From the NCBI GenBank assembly GCA_018702955.1, contig JABJEK010000058.1, positions 47,150 through 111,149 of the forward strand: 64,000 nt of DNA, in the 5' to 3' direction. The notes beneath the pieces were generated by a model. It made no database searches. It saw only the letters and a list, made by a program, of their open reading frames with translations, and was not told where the DNA came from. This document shows positions 28,626 to 41,508 of this stretch, in pieces. The position numbers were made by a program, and so were the translations under genes. The DNA is from Rhodospirillaceae bacterium (GTDB lineage Bacteria > Pseudomonadota > Alphaproteobacteria > UBA6615). Every line of letters starts with the position of its first letter. The first letter of the stretch is position 1.

Positions 28626-29240
28626 ATGCCCCGCGACGGCACGATCACACGCGACAAGATCCTCGACACCGCCGAGGCCCTGATCCTCGACCAGGGCTAT
28701 TCCGCTACCTCGATCGACAAGCTGATCAATGCGGTCGGCGTGACAAAGGGCGCGTTCTTCTATCATTTCGACAACAAGGCAGCCCTCGCCTACACCCTAG
28801 TCGAACGCTTCGCGAAAGCGGACCTGAGCCTGCGCGAAGAGTTTCGTGCCCGGGCCGCCAAGCTCTCGCGTGACCCATTGCAGCAGCTCCTGATTTTCAT
28901 CGGGCTCTATGAGGAGCTGATGGAGGGCTTCGACGAGCCCTACCCCGGCTGCCTGTTCGCGTCCTACCTCTACGAAGCCAACCTGTTCGACGACCGGACG
29001 ATGCAGGTCATCGACGATACCTATCGCGACTGGCGTGTCACGCTTGGCGGCATGATCGACACGGTCGCGGAAACCCACGCGCCAAAACTGCCCGTCGACA
29101 CCGCCGACCTCGCGGACATGTTCACGGGCACCATCGAGGGTGCCTTCATCATGTCGAAGACCCTCAAGGAGCCGAAACTGGTCGCCGCCCAGATCGGACT
29201 CTACCGGGATTTCATCGAGCTGCTGTTTTCAGGCGACTGA
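28626..29240 (+). CDS. TetR/AcrR family transcriptional regulator
   Basis: TRDKILDTAEAL..QGYSATSIDKL..VGVTKGAFFYHFDNK HTH. Confidence 0.93.
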   Translation: MPRDGTITRDKILDTAEALILDQGYSATSIDKLINAVGVTKGAFFYHFDNKAALAYTLVERFAKADLSLREEFRARAAKLSRDPLQQLLIFIGLYEELMEGFDEPYPGCLFASYLYEANLFDDRTMQVIDDTYRDWRVTLGGMIDTVAETHAPKLPVDTADLADMFTGTIEGAFIMSKTLKEPKLVAAQIGLYRDFIELLFSGD

Positions 29241-29259
29241 CCCCCGCATCCCCCAAACG

Positions 29260-29289
29260 AAAAAGGCCGGCGAAACCGCCGGCCTTTCT
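29260..29289. terminator. Bidirectional terminator between tetR and rpoD
   Basis: AAAAAGGCCGGCG-AAAC-CGCCGGCCTTTCT. Confidence 0.85.
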
Positions 29290-29311
29290 ATTCGTTCTGC
29301 ATGCAAACGAC

Positions 29312-31348
<2,037 letters not shown>

Positions 31349-31408
31349 ATTTTTCCCTCGCAGCGGCGGCGGACAATGCCGCGCTATCGCGCACTTGCCA
31401 AATTATTC

Positions 31409-33232
31409 CTAAAGACTGCCCGCACCGGATTCTTCGCGGACCAACTCGAGAAGTTTATTGCTGCTCGTCTCGTTGTTGTCGTCCTTAAGTTCGTTCGTTG
31501 CATCAACTCGATCAGGGGCCAAGCGTTCCCGCCGGTATCGATACTGCCCCAGAATTTCATCCAGCGCAGCACGCGCATCGGCGATCGTCGCATCCGGCGC
31601 CGCAAACGACGCCTGCCGGTACACTTGTGTATGCAATACCTGTCCCAGCGGTACTTCATAACCGCTACCGATCAAATGGCGTTGCAGGTCCCGAGTGTCA
31701 AGCGCTGGCTTCGTGACCGCGAGGTTTAAGATCACCCGGAGCAGGGTGTCAAGTTCCTTGCTTTGCAGGGAAATTTCATTCAGCGGCTCCAGGGAGTCGT
31801 GCAAAAGGTCAGGGTGATTGACCAATGTGGCGACCAGCATCCGTTCCTGCTGCAGCTTCATCGCCCCGATATCGCCGCGCGCGCCCAACCCCGGGGCCAA
31901 TTCCGGCCGTTTCGGGCCGTCTCTGCGGCCCCGGAACTGCTGATTTCCGCTCTTTGCGGGTCGGGCGACAAAAAACAGGTCGCGCAGGCGCTGCCGCAGG
32001 CTCTGCTGATAGTGATACTTGACCCCGGGATCCTCGATTTGTGCCAGCCGGGCGTTAATCCGCCGCTCGAGGTCCGCGCGGCGTTCCGGCGTGTCATGAC
32101 TGGCGGCAGACACTTCGGACTGCCACAGCACATCCACGAGTTGGTGGGCGCCCGCGAGAAGCTTGCGGAAGCCCTCCGCACCGCGCGCCTTGATCAGCGT
32201 ATCGGGATCATCGCCCGACGGCAGCGCCATGAAGCGCAGTGTCTTCCCGGGCTGCAACAGGGGCAAGGCGCGTTCGGCTGCGCGCAACGCGGCACGCTCT
32301 CCCGCGGTATCGCCATCGAAGCACAGCACCGGCTCATCCGCGACGCGCCAGACGAGACGCATCTGGTCTTCGGTCAGCGCCGTTCCCAGTGGTGCGACGG
32401 CGTTGGGCAGGCCCGCCTGGGCCAGCGCGATCACGTCGGTGTAGCCCTCTGCGACAATCACCGTGCCGGCATCGCGCGACGCCTCCCGGGCCATCGTGAA
32501 ATTGTACAGGCTGCGGCCCTTGTGAAAGAGCGGCGTCTCGGGGGAGTTGAGATACTTCGGCTGGCCGTCGCCGAGGATACGCCCGCCGAACGCGATCACC
32601 CGGCCGCGGCTGTCGTTGATCGGAAAGATGACCCGGTTGAAGAAATAGTCGCGGGGATTCCCGCCGCCTTCAGGCAGCTTGATCAGCCCGGCCTCGACCA
32701 GCTGGTCCTGGCGCACGCCGCGCGCTTCCATCGCCTGCAGCAGGCGGCCGCGCCCATCGGGCGCAAAGCCCAGGCGAAATCTGCCAATGGTCTCGTCGGT
32801 GAACCCGCGATCGCGCAGATAGTCATAGGCTGCGCGCCCACCCGGCTGGGAAAGCTGCTCCTCGTACCAGGCACAAACTTGTTCAACCACGTCATACAAC
32901 GTCGAGCGCACCTTCGCGCGTTCGCGCTCTTGCGGAGACGATTGCGGCACCTCGAGCCCGGCCTGCCCGGCGAGGCGTTCGATCGCCTCGGGAAAGCTCA
33001 GTCCGTCGGTTTCCATGGCAAAGGTGATGACGTCACCGTGTTGGCCACAGCCGAAGCAGTGATAGAAGGCCTTGTCGTCATTCACCGTGAACGACGGCGT
33101 CTTTTCGTTGTGGAACGGGCACAGGCCGGTGAACTCGCGGCCCTTGCGGGTCAGGCGCACTTTCTTGCCCACGACCTCCGACACCGGAAGCCGCGTGCGC
33201 AACTCATCGAGAAATTGCGGCGGAAAGGCCAT
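31409..33232 (-). CDS. dnaG: DNA primase
   Basis: CPFHNEKTPSF..CFGC zinc finger, KYLNSPET, EGYTD and FDGD TOPRIM motifs. Confidence 0.98.
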   Translation of the reverse strand: MAFPPQFLDELRTRLPVSEVVGKKVRLTRKGREFTGLCPFHNEKTPSFTVNDDKAFYHCFGCGQHGDVITFAMETDGLSFPEAIERLAGQAGLEVPQSSPQERERAKVRSTLYDVVEQVCAWYEEQLSQPGGRAAYDYLRDRGFTDETIGRFRLGFAPDGRGRLLQAMEARGVRQDQLVEAGLIKLPEGGGNPRDYFFNRVIFPINDSRGRVIAFGGRILGDGQPKYLNSPETPLFHKGRSLYNFTMAREASRDAGTVIVAEGYTDVIALAQAGLPNAVAPLGTALTEDQMRLVWRVADEPVLCFDGDTAGERAALRAAERALPLLQPGKTLRFMALPSGDDPDTLIKARGAEGFRKLLAGAHQLVDVLWQSEVSAASHDTPERRADLERRINARLAQIEDPGVKYHYQQSLRQRLRDLFFVARPAKSGNQQFRGRRDGPKRPELAPGLGARGDIGAMKLQQERMLVATLVNHPDLLHDSLEPLNEISLQSKELDTLLRVILNLAVTKPALDTRDLQRHLIGSGYEVPLGQVLHTQVYRQASFAAPDATIADARAALDEILGQYRYRRERLAPDRVDATNELKDDNNETSSNKLLELVREESGAGSL

Positions 33233-33344
33233 GAGCTATCTGTTCCAGGACTGTAACGGCCCTGAGATTACCCGCTCGGCGAGTCGGCGGATACGCCAAC
33301 ACACGCGTGCGGACCAAACAGTGGGTGAATAGCGGGGATAGAAC

Positions 33345-33803
33345 TCAGGCGCCGAGGCGCGTCTTGACGATCGCGCTGGCCTTGCCGAAATCCATCTGGC
33401 CGGCATAGCCCTCACGCAAGGCGCCCATGACGGCACCCATATCCTTGAGCCCGCCCGCACCGACATCGGCGATCACCGTGTCGACGGCGGCCTCGATCGC
33501 ATCATCGTCCAGCTGCGCCGGCAGATAGCGCTCGATGATGGCGATCTCTTCGGCTTCCTGCTGCGCCAGTTCCAGGCGCCCGCCCTTCTCGTACATGGAG
33601 ATGGAGTCACGACGCTGCTTGACCATGGTCTGGAGCATCTGGAGGATCTCGTCTTCGTCGATCCCCTCGTCATTCCCCTTGCCGCGGGCCGCAATGTCAC
33701 GGTCCTTCAGCGCAGCCATGATGAGCCGAAGCGTCGACACCGCACGCTGGTCTTTTTCTTTCAACGCCGTGCGCAGCGCGTCGGGAAGTTGATCGCGAAA
33801 CAT
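33345..33803 (-). CDS. GatB/YqeY domain protein
   Basis: LRLIMAALKD, KQRRDSI..YEKGGR.ELA..E and KDMGAVM motifs. Confidence 0.93.
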   Translation of the reverse strand: MFRDQLPDALRTALKEKDQRAVSTLRLIMAALKDRDIAARGKGNDEGIDEDEILQMLQTMVKQRRDSISMYEKGGRLELAQQEAEEIAIIERYLPAQLDDDAIEAAVDTVIADVGAGGLKDMGAVMGALREGYAGQMDFGKASAIVKTRLGA

Positions 33804-33921
33804 GATTATTTGGGCCTTTTCCAGAAGCGGCAGACGGTAAAGGATTTGAGTTGTGAACGCAATCGGATCGGCGACCCCGTAAGTTACTGTTTTTTATACA
33901 TTTTTTCTTTCTCGCCCGTGC

Positions 33922-33950
33922 TTGACGACTCCCGCACGGTGCCGTAAACA
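33922..33950 (+). promoter_or_regulatory. Putative sigma70 promoter for carAB
   Basis: TTGACG-N17-TAAACA. Confidence 0.45.
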
Positions 33951-34065
33951 ACGCGGCAATTTGCGCCCCCGACAGGTGCTTCCGGCCCCACAACGGTCGG
34001 CCCAGGAACAAATTTGCCCCGGCGGCCCCGCGATTGCGGCCCCGCCACCCCGAGGATCGGAAGAC

Positions 34066-35238
34066 ATGGCCGTTGCCGCGCCACAAGACCGGAGCCAGCC
34101 TGAATGGGCGACCGGCGCATTGGTCCTGCCTGACGGGTCCGTATTCTGGGGCCGCGGGATCGGCGCCACGGGTGTCGCCGTCGCCGAGGTGTGCTTCAAC
34201 ACCTCGCTGACCGGGTATCAGGAAATTCTGACCGACCCGTCCTATGCCGGCCAGATCATCACCTTCACCTTCCCCCATATCGGCAATGTCGGCGCGAATC
34301 CGGAAGACATCGAGACGACAACACCCGCGGCACGCGGCTGCGTCCTGCGCGCCAATATCACCGACCCGTCCAATTGGCGCGCCGTCGAGCATCTGGATGC
34401 CTGGCTCAAATCGAACGACATGGTCGGCATTGCGGGCGTCGACACACGCCGCCTGACCCGACATATCCGCGACGCGGGCGCGCCCAACGGCGCCATCGCC
34501 CACCAGCCCGACACCCCCATCAACGCGGCCACCTTGCGCGCCGCGGCCAGCGACTGGCCCGGCCTCGAAGGGGCTGACCTCGCCAAGGACGTGTCCTGCA
34601 CGCAGACATATGAGTGGACGGAGACCCCCTGGGCGCTCGGCACCGGCCATGGCGAGATGACCAAACCGGCCCGCCATGTGGTGGCGGTCGACTTCGGCGC
34701 CAAGCGCAACATCCTGCGCTCACTCGCCGGCCTGGGTTGCAAGGTGACCGTCGTCCCCGCCTCAGCCAGTGCCGACGATATCCTGCGCCACAAGCCCGAC
34801 GGGGTGTTCCTGTCGAACGGCCCGGGTGATCCGGCGGCGACCGGCAAATATGCCGTGCCGACAATCAAGGCGATCGTCGACGCCGGTGTGCCGACCTTCG
34901 GGATATGTCTGGGCCACCAGATGCTTTGCCTCGCACTGGGTGCGAAGACCGAAAAAATGCATCACGGCCATCGCGGTGCGAACCACCCGGTCAAGGATCT
35001 GGCGACCGGCAAGGTGGAGATCACCAGCCAGAACCACGGCTTCGTGGTGCTCGAGAAATCCCTGCCCGCGAATGTGGAGATGAGCCACCAGTCCCTGTTC
35101 GACGGCTCACTCGAGGGCATCCGGGTGAAAGACGCGCCGGTCTTCTCGGTCCAGTACCACCCCGAGGCCTCCCCCGGCCCCCATGACAGCCACTACCTGT
35201 TCGAACGGTTCGTGGAAATGATCGACGGACAAGGCTGA
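34066..35238 (+). CDS. carA: Carbamoyl-phosphate synthase small subunit
   Basis: [35 protein letters not shown] and [12 protein letters not shown] motifs. Confidence 0.98.
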   Translation: MAVAAPQDRSQPEWATGALVLPDGSVFWGRGIGATGVAVAEVCFNTSLTGYQEILTDPSYAGQIITFTFPHIGNVGANPEDIETTTPAARGCVLRANITDPSNWRAVEHLDAWLKSNDMVGIAGVDTRRLTRHIRDAGAPNGAIAHQPDTPINAATLRAAASDWPGLEGADLAKDVSCTQTYEWTETPWALGTGHGEMTKPARHVVAVDFGAKRNILRSLAGLGCKVTVVPASASADDILRHKPDGVFLSNGPGDPAATGKYAVPTIKAIVDAGVPTFGICLGHQMLCLALGAKTEKMHHGHRGANHPVKDLATGKVEITSQNHGFVVLEKSLPANVEMSHQSLFDGSLEGIRVKDAPVFSVQYHPEASPGPHDSHYLFERFVEMIDGQG

Positions 35239-35240
35239 CC

Positions 35241-38200
35241 ATGCCCAAACGCACAGACATCAAATCCATCATGATCGTCGGCGCCGGGCCGATCATCATC
35301 GGCCAGGCCTGCGAGTTCGACTATTCGGGCACCCAGGCCGTGAAGGCGCTGAAGGACGAGGGCTACCGGGTCATCCTGGTGAACTCGAACCCGGCGACGA
35401 TCATGACCGATCCGGAATTCGCCGACGCCACCTATATCGAGCCGATCACGCCGGAGATGGTGACCAAGATCCTCGAGGCCGAGCGGCCCGACGCGATCCT
35501 GCCGACCATGGGCGGCCAGACCGCGCTCAACACCTGTCTGACCCTGGCGCGCGACGGCACCTTCGACCGGCTCGGCATCGAGATGATCGGCGCGCGCGCC
35601 GACGTCATCGACAAGGCCGAAGACCGGCTGCAGTTCCGCGAGGCGATGGACAAGATCGGGCTGGAATCACCGCGCTCCATGCAGGTGAACAATCGCGTGG
35701 ACGCCGAGACCGCACTCGACATGGTGCGCCTGCCCGCGATCATCCGGCCGAGCTTCACCCTGGGCGGCCAGGGCGGCGGCATCGCCTACAACCGCGACGA
35801 ATTCTTCGAGATCGTCATGGGCGGGATCGACGCGTCGCCGGTCAGCGAAGTGCTGGTCGAGGAATCGGTCCTCGGCTGGAAGGAGTATGAGATGGAGGTC
35901 GTCCGCGACAAGGCGGACAACTGCATCATCATCTGCGCCATCGAGAACATCGACCCGATGGGCGTGCATACGGGCGATTCCATCACGGTCGCGCCAGCGC
36001 TGACCCTGACGGACAAGGAATACCAGATCATGCGCGACGCCTCGATCGCGTGTCTGCGCGAGATCGGGGTCGAGACCGGCGGGTCGAATGTTCAGTTCGC
36101 CATCAACCCGAAAAATGGCCGCATGGTTGTGATCGAGATGAACCCCCGGGTCAGCCGTTCCTCCGCACTGGCCTCCAAAGCCACCGGGTTCCCGATCGCC
36201 AAGATCGCGGCGAAACTCGCGGTCGGCTATACCCTCGACGAGCTGACCAACGAGATCACCGGCACCACCCCGGCCAGCTTCGAGCCGACCATCGACTATG
36301 TCGTCACCAAGATGCCGCGCTTCACGTTTGAGAAGTTCCCGGGCACCGAGGCGACCCTGACCACGTCGATGAAGTCCGTCGGCGAAGTCATGTCGATCGG
36401 CCGCACCTTCGCCGAGAGCCTGCAGAAGGCCTATCGCTCGATGGAAACCGGGCTGACCGGCCTCAACGAGGTCACGATCCCCGGCGCGCACACCGGCAAG
36501 GGCGTCGACGAGGACGCGGTGTTCGCCGCACTCGGACAGCCCACACCCGAACGTCTTCTCAATATCGCCCAGGCCTTCCGGCTCGGTATTTCCGCCGACG
36601 ACATCCAGCGTGTCACCCATTTCGACCCGTGGTTCCTGGGCCAGATTTCGGCGATCGTGCAGGCCGAAACCCATGTGCGCGAGACAGGGCTCCCCGACAA
36701 TTTCGACAGCCTGATGCGCTTGAAGCGGATGGGCTTTTCCGACGAACGGCTGGCCGAGCTGTCGGACAAGACCGAGGCCGACGTGGCAGCCCTGCGCGAC
36801 AAGCTCGACCTGCACCCGGTGTTCAAGCGGATCGACACCTGCGCGGCTGAGTTCCCGAGCCTGACGCCGTATATGTATTCCGCCTATGAGGGAGATTCCT
36901 CCCAGCCGGGCGAATGCGAGGCCGAGCCAAGCGACCGCGAGAAGATCATGATCCTTGGCGGCGGGCCGAACCGCATCGGCCAGGGGATCGAGTTCGACTA
37001 TTGCTGCGTCCACGCCGTCTTCGCACTTGAGGAAGCCGGCTATGAAACGATCATGGTCAACTGCAACCCGGAAACCGTCTCGACCGATTACGACACGTCC
37101 GACCGGCTCTATTTCGAGCCGCTGACCGCCGAAGACGTGATCGAGATTTGTCGGCTCGAGCAGACAAACGGCACCCTCAAGGGCGTCATCGTGCAGTTCG
37201 GCGGCCAGACGCCGCTCAAATTGGCACACGCGCTGGAAGCGGCCGGCATCCCGATCCTCGGCACCTCGCCCGACGCGATCGATCTGGCCGAAGATCGCAA
37301 ACGGTTCCAGAAACTGCTTCAGGATTTGGAACTGCGCCAGCCCGAGAACGCGATCGCGACCAGTGCGGAAGAAGCGCTGGCCGCGGCCGAGGAACTCGGC
37401 TTCCCGATCCTGATCCGGCCCTCCTATGTGCTGGGCGGCCGGGCCATGGAACTGGTCCATGAAATGGACGCGCTGACCCGCTACATCAACGAGGCCGTGC
37501 GCGTGTCGGGCACCAGCCCGGTGTTGCTCGACCGGTATCTGCAGGACGCCATCGAAGTCGATGTGGATGCGCTCTGCGACAGCGCGGGCAACGTCCACGT
37601 GGCGGGCATCATGGAGCATATCGAGGAAGCCGGTATTCATTCCGGCGACAGCGCATGTTCCCTGCCCCCCTATTCGCTCAGCGCGCCCGTGCTGGTCGAG
37701 ATCCGACGCCAGACCGAAGTGCTGGCGCAGGCGCTGAATGTTCTGGGCCTGATGAATGTCCAGTATGCGGTGAAGGATGAAGAGGTCTACCTGATCGAGG
37801 TCAACCCGCGCGCCAGCCGCACCGTCCCCTTCGTGGCCAAGGCAACCGGGGTGGCGATCGCCAAGGTCGCGGCGCGTCTGATGGCGGGCGAGATGATCGC
37901 CGACTTCGATCTGCCGGATACGTCCAAGCCCAGCGGCCATGTTGCGGTCAAGGAAGCGGTCTTCCCCTTCGCGCGGTTCCCGGGGGTCGACACGCTCCTG
38001 GGCCCGGAGATGAAATCCACCGGTGAGGTCATGGGGCTCGACCGCGATTTCGGTCACGCCTTCGCGAAATCCCAGATCGGCAGCGGCACCGTGGTGCCCG
38101 TCAGCGGCCGGGTGTTTATCTCGGTGCGCGAGCGTGACAAGGAGGCCATGGTCGAAATGTCACGCGGGCTCGTCGATATGGGTTTCGAGATTGTCGCGAC

Positions 38201-38507
38201 GAGCGGCACCGCACGTCACCTCGCCGACAACGGCATTCCCGTCGACACCATCAACAAGGTGCTCGAGGGACGCCCGCACATCGTCGATGCGATGCAGAAC
38301 GGCGAAATCCAGCTGGTCTTCAACACCACAGAGGGTGCACGCTCGATTGCCGATAGCTACAGCCTGCGCCGCACAGCCCTGAATCAGCGCATCCCCTACT
38401 ACACCACAGTCGCGGGCGCGCGGGCCGCGGTGGCATCAATTAACGCGATGCGCAGCGGCGCACTTGAAGTCGCGCCACTTCAGTCGTATTTTAGTATCGA
38501 CTTTTGA
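35241..38507 (+). CDS. carB: Carbamoyl-phosphate synthase large subunit
   Basis: [25 protein letters not shown]-terminus; duplicated ATP-grasp domains. Confidence 0.99.
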   Translation: MPKRTDIKSIMIVGAGPIIIGQACEFDYSGTQAVKALKDEGYRVILVNSNPATIMTDPEFADATYIEPITPEMVTKILEAERPDAILPTMGGQTALNTCLTLARDGTFDRLGIEMIGARADVIDKAEDRLQFREAMDKIGLESPRSMQVNNRVDAETALDMVRLPAIIRPSFTLGGQGGGIAYNRDEFFEIVMGGIDASPVSEVLVEESVLGWKEYEMEVVRDKADNCIIICAIENIDPMGVHTGDSITVAPALTLTDKEYQIMRDASIACLREIGVETGGSNVQFAINPKNGRMVVIEMNPRVSRSSALASKATGFPIAKIAAKLAVGYTLDELTNEITGTTPASFEPTIDYVVTKMPRFTFEKFPGTEATLTTSMKSVGEVMSIGRTFAESLQKAYRSMETGLTGLNEVTIPGAHTGKGVDEDAVFAALGQPTPERLLNIAQAFRLGISADDIQRVTHFDPWFLGQISAIVQAETHVRETGLPDNFDSLMRLKRMGFSDERLAELSDKTEADVAALRDKLDLHPVFKRIDTCAAEFPSLTPYMYSAYEGDSSQPGECEAEPSDREKIMILGGGPNRIGQGIEFDYCCVHAVFALEEAGYETIMVNCNPETVSTDYDTSDRLYFEPLTAEDVIEICRLEQTNGTLKGVIVQFGGQTPLKLAHALEAAGIPILGTSPDAIDLAEDRKRFQKLLQDLELRQPENAIATSAEEALAAAEELGFPILIRPSYVLGGRAMELVHEMDALTRYINEAVRVSGTSPVLLDRYLQDAIEVDVDALCDSAGNVHVAGIMEHIEEAGIHSGDSACSLPPYSLSAPVLVEIRRQTEVLAQALNVLGLMNVQYAVKDEEVYLIEVNPRASRTVPFVAKATGVAIAKVAARLMAGEMIADFDLPDTSKPSGHVAVKEAVFPFARFPGVDTLLGPEMKSTGEVMGLDRDFGHAFAKSQIGSGTVVPVSGRVFISVRERDKEAMVEMSRGLVDMGFEIVATSGTARHLADNGIPVDTINKVLEGRPHIVDAMQNGEIQLVFNTTEGARSIADSYSLRRTALNQRIPYYTTVAGARAAVASINAMRSGALEVAPLQSYFSIDF

Positions 38508-38631
38508 ACGGCTTAGGCCCGCTGGATGTCCGCGTCATGCCAAAATGGCTGGTGCGGCCCGAGGCGGGTGTTTTAGTCTGTCGTTCGTAACAATTTATCG
38601 TTCGTAAAAACGATCGAACAGCGGTCGGACC

Positions 38632-39105
38632 ATGGATAAAATCCCAATGACTCCGGAGGGCCACGAAGCCCTCCAAGAAGAACTGAAAAACCTCAAGACC
38701 GTCGAACGCCCGGCGATCGTGAAGGCCATCGCGGCAGCGCGCGAGCACGGTGATCTCTCCGAGAACGCCGAGTATCATGCTGCACGTGAGCGCCAGAGCT
38801 TTGTTGAGGGCCGGATCGGCGAGCTTGAGGACACCACCAAGCGCGCCGAGATCATCGACACGACGAAGCTCAAGGGCAAGACCGTGCGCTTCGGCGCCAA
38901 GGTGAAGCTCGCCGACGAAGAAACCGACGAGGAAGCCACCTATCAGCTGGTCGGCGAATTCGAGGCCGATATCGAGAAGCGCAAGATTTCGATCATGTCG
39001 CCCCTCGGCAAGGCCCTGATTGGCCGTGAGATGGGCGACAGTGTCGAGGTCACCACGCCCAACGGCGTGCGCTATTTCGAAGTCGTGTCGGTCCGCTTCC
39101 GCTAG
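38632..39105 (+). CDS. greA: Transcription elongation factor GreA
   Basis: [15 protein letters not shown] and [13 protein letters not shown] motifs. Confidence 0.98.
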   Translation: MDKIPMTPEGHEALQEELKNLKTVERPAIVKAIAAAREHGDLSENAEYHAARERQSFVEGRIGELEDTTKRAEIIDTTKLKGKTVRFGAKVKLADEETDEEATYQLVGEFEADIEKRKISIMSPLGKALIGREMGDSVEVTTPNGVRYFEVVSVRFR

Positions 39106-39115
39106 ACCAGGACCG

Positions 39116-39143
39116 AAAAAAGGGCCGTTAAACGGCCCGTTTT
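39116..39143. terminator. Bidirectional terminator between greA and lrp
   Basis: AAAAAAGGGCCGTTAAACGGCCCGTTTT. Confidence 0.8.
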
Positions 39144-39156
39144 CTATCCCTTGCTG

Positions 39157-39672
39157 CTATCCCTCGGGGTCGTCCACCGGGACGCCGGAGGCATATTTCG
39201 AACTCCGGATCACCTGGAACGTCTGCACCGTCGAGACATGTGCGACGGCCGTCAGGCGCGTTGTGAGTTCATTCTCGTGGGCGGTGTTGCGTGCCACGAA
39301 ACGCAGCATGAAGTCGCCACCACCGCGGATCATGTCGCAGCGGCGCACTTCAGGCCAACCTTCAACCACCCGCTCGAATTCCGACAATACGGCATCCGAC
39401 TGGCTGTCGAGCCCGACCAGAGCATGAAACGCGACCTCGTAGCCAAGCTGCTCGGCCTCGAGTTCGGCGTGATAGCCCGTTATGTATCCCGCCGATTCCA
39501 GGGCGCGGACTCGGCGCAGACATGGCGGTGCAGAAATACCCGCACGCCGCGCAAGTTCGACATTGGTGATACGGCCCTCATCGCGGAGATTGCGGAGAAT
39601 GCGCCGGTCTATCGCATCAAGTTTCACTTTGCGGTTCAGGGCGCCTTCGCCCCCCCGATCACTGTCCGGCAT
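39157..39672 (-). CDS. Lrp/AsnC family transcriptional regulator
   Basis: LDAIDRRIL..GRITNVELARRAGISAPPCLRRVRALE HTH. Confidence 0.93.
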   Translation of the reverse strand: MPDSDRGGEGALNRKVKLDAIDRRILRNLRDEGRITNVELARRAGISAPPCLRRVRALESAGYITGYHAELEAEQLGYEVAFHALVGLDSQSDAVLSEFERVVEGWPEVRRCDMIRGGGDFMLRFVARNTAHENELTTRLTAVAHVSTVQTFQVIRSSKYASGVPVDDPEG

Positions 39673-39850
39673 TCTGTGTACGCTCCAGGATGGCTCGGCT
39701 TCTGATTTCGCAGGACCCGCAATGGGAATCACCCATTGCCCCGCCTATAGTCACCGTTAAAGCCGAACCGGATGCTAGCAGATTGAAATTATATTTCAAA
39801 CGCAAGCTTGCTCAAATTGCGCCGAATTCCCGGCGATATAACCATTGTCG

Positions 39851-40828
39851 ATGACCTTGCCACCCAACTCACATTCCTGCTGGATTCTCACCGATGGTAA
39901 AATCGGCATGGTGAACCAGTGCCTCGGCCTCGCCCGTGCCCTGGGCCATGACCCGGACATCAAGACCATCGATCTGCGCCGGCCCTGGGCATGGCTGCCA
40001 CCGACATTGATCCCGGCAAAAACCGGTGTGATCACCGCCGGTTCCACACCGCTCGTGCCGCCATGGCCCGACTTGTTGATTGCGTCGGGCCGAAAATCGG
40101 TGGCGCCGGCACAGGCGATCCGCCGCGCGAGCGGCAGAAAGACCTTTTGTGTTCAGATCCAGGACCCGGGCATCGCGACCAATTCGTTTGATCTCGTTGT
40201 CGCGCCCGCCCATGACCGCCTGCGCGGCGACAATGTGGTCACAACGATAGGGGCCATGCAGGGCGTCGATCCCGCGGCACTTGAGGCTGCGCGTATGGCG
40301 TTCGCCAATCGGGTGGGAGGTCTGCCCCGACCGCTCGCGGGTGTCCTCCTGGGGGGCGACAACGCGGTCTACCGGATGACGCCGGCGCTGGGTGAAACCC
40401 TAGCGGCACAGTTACGCACACTGGCGGCCGATCAGGGCTGGGGCCTTGCCATCACGCCGTCCCGGCGCACGCCCGAATTCGTGCTCGACGCGATCCGGGC
40501 GGCGCTCACCGGGCTGGATGCCGACATCTGGGATGAAACCGGCCCGAACCCCTATCTGGGTTTTCTGGCCCACGCGGACTCGATTATCGTGACAGGGGAT
40601 TCGGTGAACATGGTCAGCGAGGCAGCGGCCACGGGCAAGCCGGTGCATGTGGTCCACCTCGAGGGCGGGTCGAAAAAATTCACCCGCTTCCACGAAGCGA
40701 TGGTCGCGCGCGGCATCACGCGGCCATTTGCCGGCACACTGGAGCAGTGGAGCTACGAACCGCCGGACGACATGGCGGCGGTCGTGGGTGAGATTCAGCG
40801 TCGTATGGCCGCATCTGATCGGGCCTAG
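39851..40828 (+). CDS. ELM1-like (DUF1022) protein
   Basis: CWILTDGKIGMVNQCLGLA, PPWPDLLIASGR, VAPAHD, TPSRRTP and VTGDSVNMVSEA motifs. Confidence 0.88.
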   Translation: MTLPPNSHSCWILTDGKIGMVNQCLGLARALGHDPDIKTIDLRRPWAWLPPTLIPAKTGVITAGSTPLVPPWPDLLIASGRKSVAPAQAIRRASGRKTFCVQIQDPGIATNSFDLVVAPAHDRLRGDNVVTTIGAMQGVDPAALEAARMAFANRVGGLPRPLAGVLLGGDNAVYRMTPALGETLAAQLRTLAADQGWGLAITPSRRTPEFVLDAIRAALTGLDADIWDETGPNPYLGFLAHADSIIVTGDSVNMVSEAAATGKPVHVVHLEGGSKKFTRFHEAMVARGITRPFAGTLEQWSYEPPDDMAAVVGEIQRRMAASDRA

Positions 40829-40869
40829 CATCGTTTGCATTCGCGCGAGTCGCGATCTAAGAAATATGT

Positions 40870-41508
40870 ATGTCAGTCATCGACTTCGCCGCCTTGGGGT
40901 CAGCCCCCGTTGGACATGACCCGTTCGATCATGTCCTCGTTCCGGGCCTGATTTCGCAGGACGCCTTGCGCGCGGCCAATGAAGATTTTCCCTCCATTGA
41001 ACGTCCGGGCAGCTTTCCCACGGCCCAACTCAGCTATGGACCCGGGTTCGCGGCCCTGTTGAAGGCGCTCGAGGGCCCCGAGATGGCTGCCGCCCTGGGC
41101 GATAAACTGGGTATCGATCTGACCAACAAACCCACCATGGTCACGGTGCGCGGGCGCGCGCGGCCGACGGATGGGAAGATCCACATCGATTCGTCGGGCA
41201 AACTGGTCACGGTGCTGCTCTACATGAACCCATCCTGGGAAGATTCCGGCGGGCAACTCCGGCTGCTACGCAGCCCCGACGATCTCGAGGATTACGCCGT
41301 CGAGGTTCCGCCTGATGAGGGGACCCTGCTGGCGTTCCCCTGCATCCCCAATGCCTGGCACGGCCATCAACCTTTTGACGGTGAACGCCGGACGATCCAG
41401 CTGAACTGGGTAACCAGCCGCCGCTACAAATTGCGCGAGCAGGTACGGCACACGATTTCCGCGTTCTTCAAGAAACTGGCGGGCAAGCAGGCGCATCATG
41501 ACGCTTAA
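40870..41508 (+). CDS. 2OG-Fe(II) oxygenase (prolyl-hydroxylase-like)
   Basis: IHIDS..VTVLLYMN, AWHGH and RRTIQLNW motifs (HxD...H...R). Confidence 0.85.
   Translation: MSVIDFAALGSAPVGHDPFDHVLVPGLISQDALRAANEDFPSIERPGSFPTAQLSYGPGFAALLKALEGPEMAAALGDKLGIDLTNKPTMVTVRGRARPTDGKIHIDSSGKLVTVLLYMNPSWEDSGGQLRLLRSPDDLEDYAVEVPPDEGTLLAFPCIPNAWHGHQPFDGERRTIQLNWVTSRRYKLREQVRHTISAFFKKLAGKQAHHDA

Noticed and set aside
31409-31900. Lower-GC, divergent-looking dnaG 3' end
   Set aside because: The primase C-terminal domain is poorly conserved and may carry rpoD promoter elements; there is no frameshift or insertion evidence.
33345-33803. Absence of rpsU ahead of yqeY-dnaG-rpoD
   Set aside because: This is a usual alphaproteobacterial arrangement next to carAB.
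35667-38057. Long antisense ORFs (796 aa here; also 29789-31729, 22975-24531, 45784-47349, 18932-20473, 31763-33256)
   Set aside because: Each lies exactly opposite a well-supported gene. Such shadow ORFs are expected in GC-rich coding DNA, and their translations show no family motifs.
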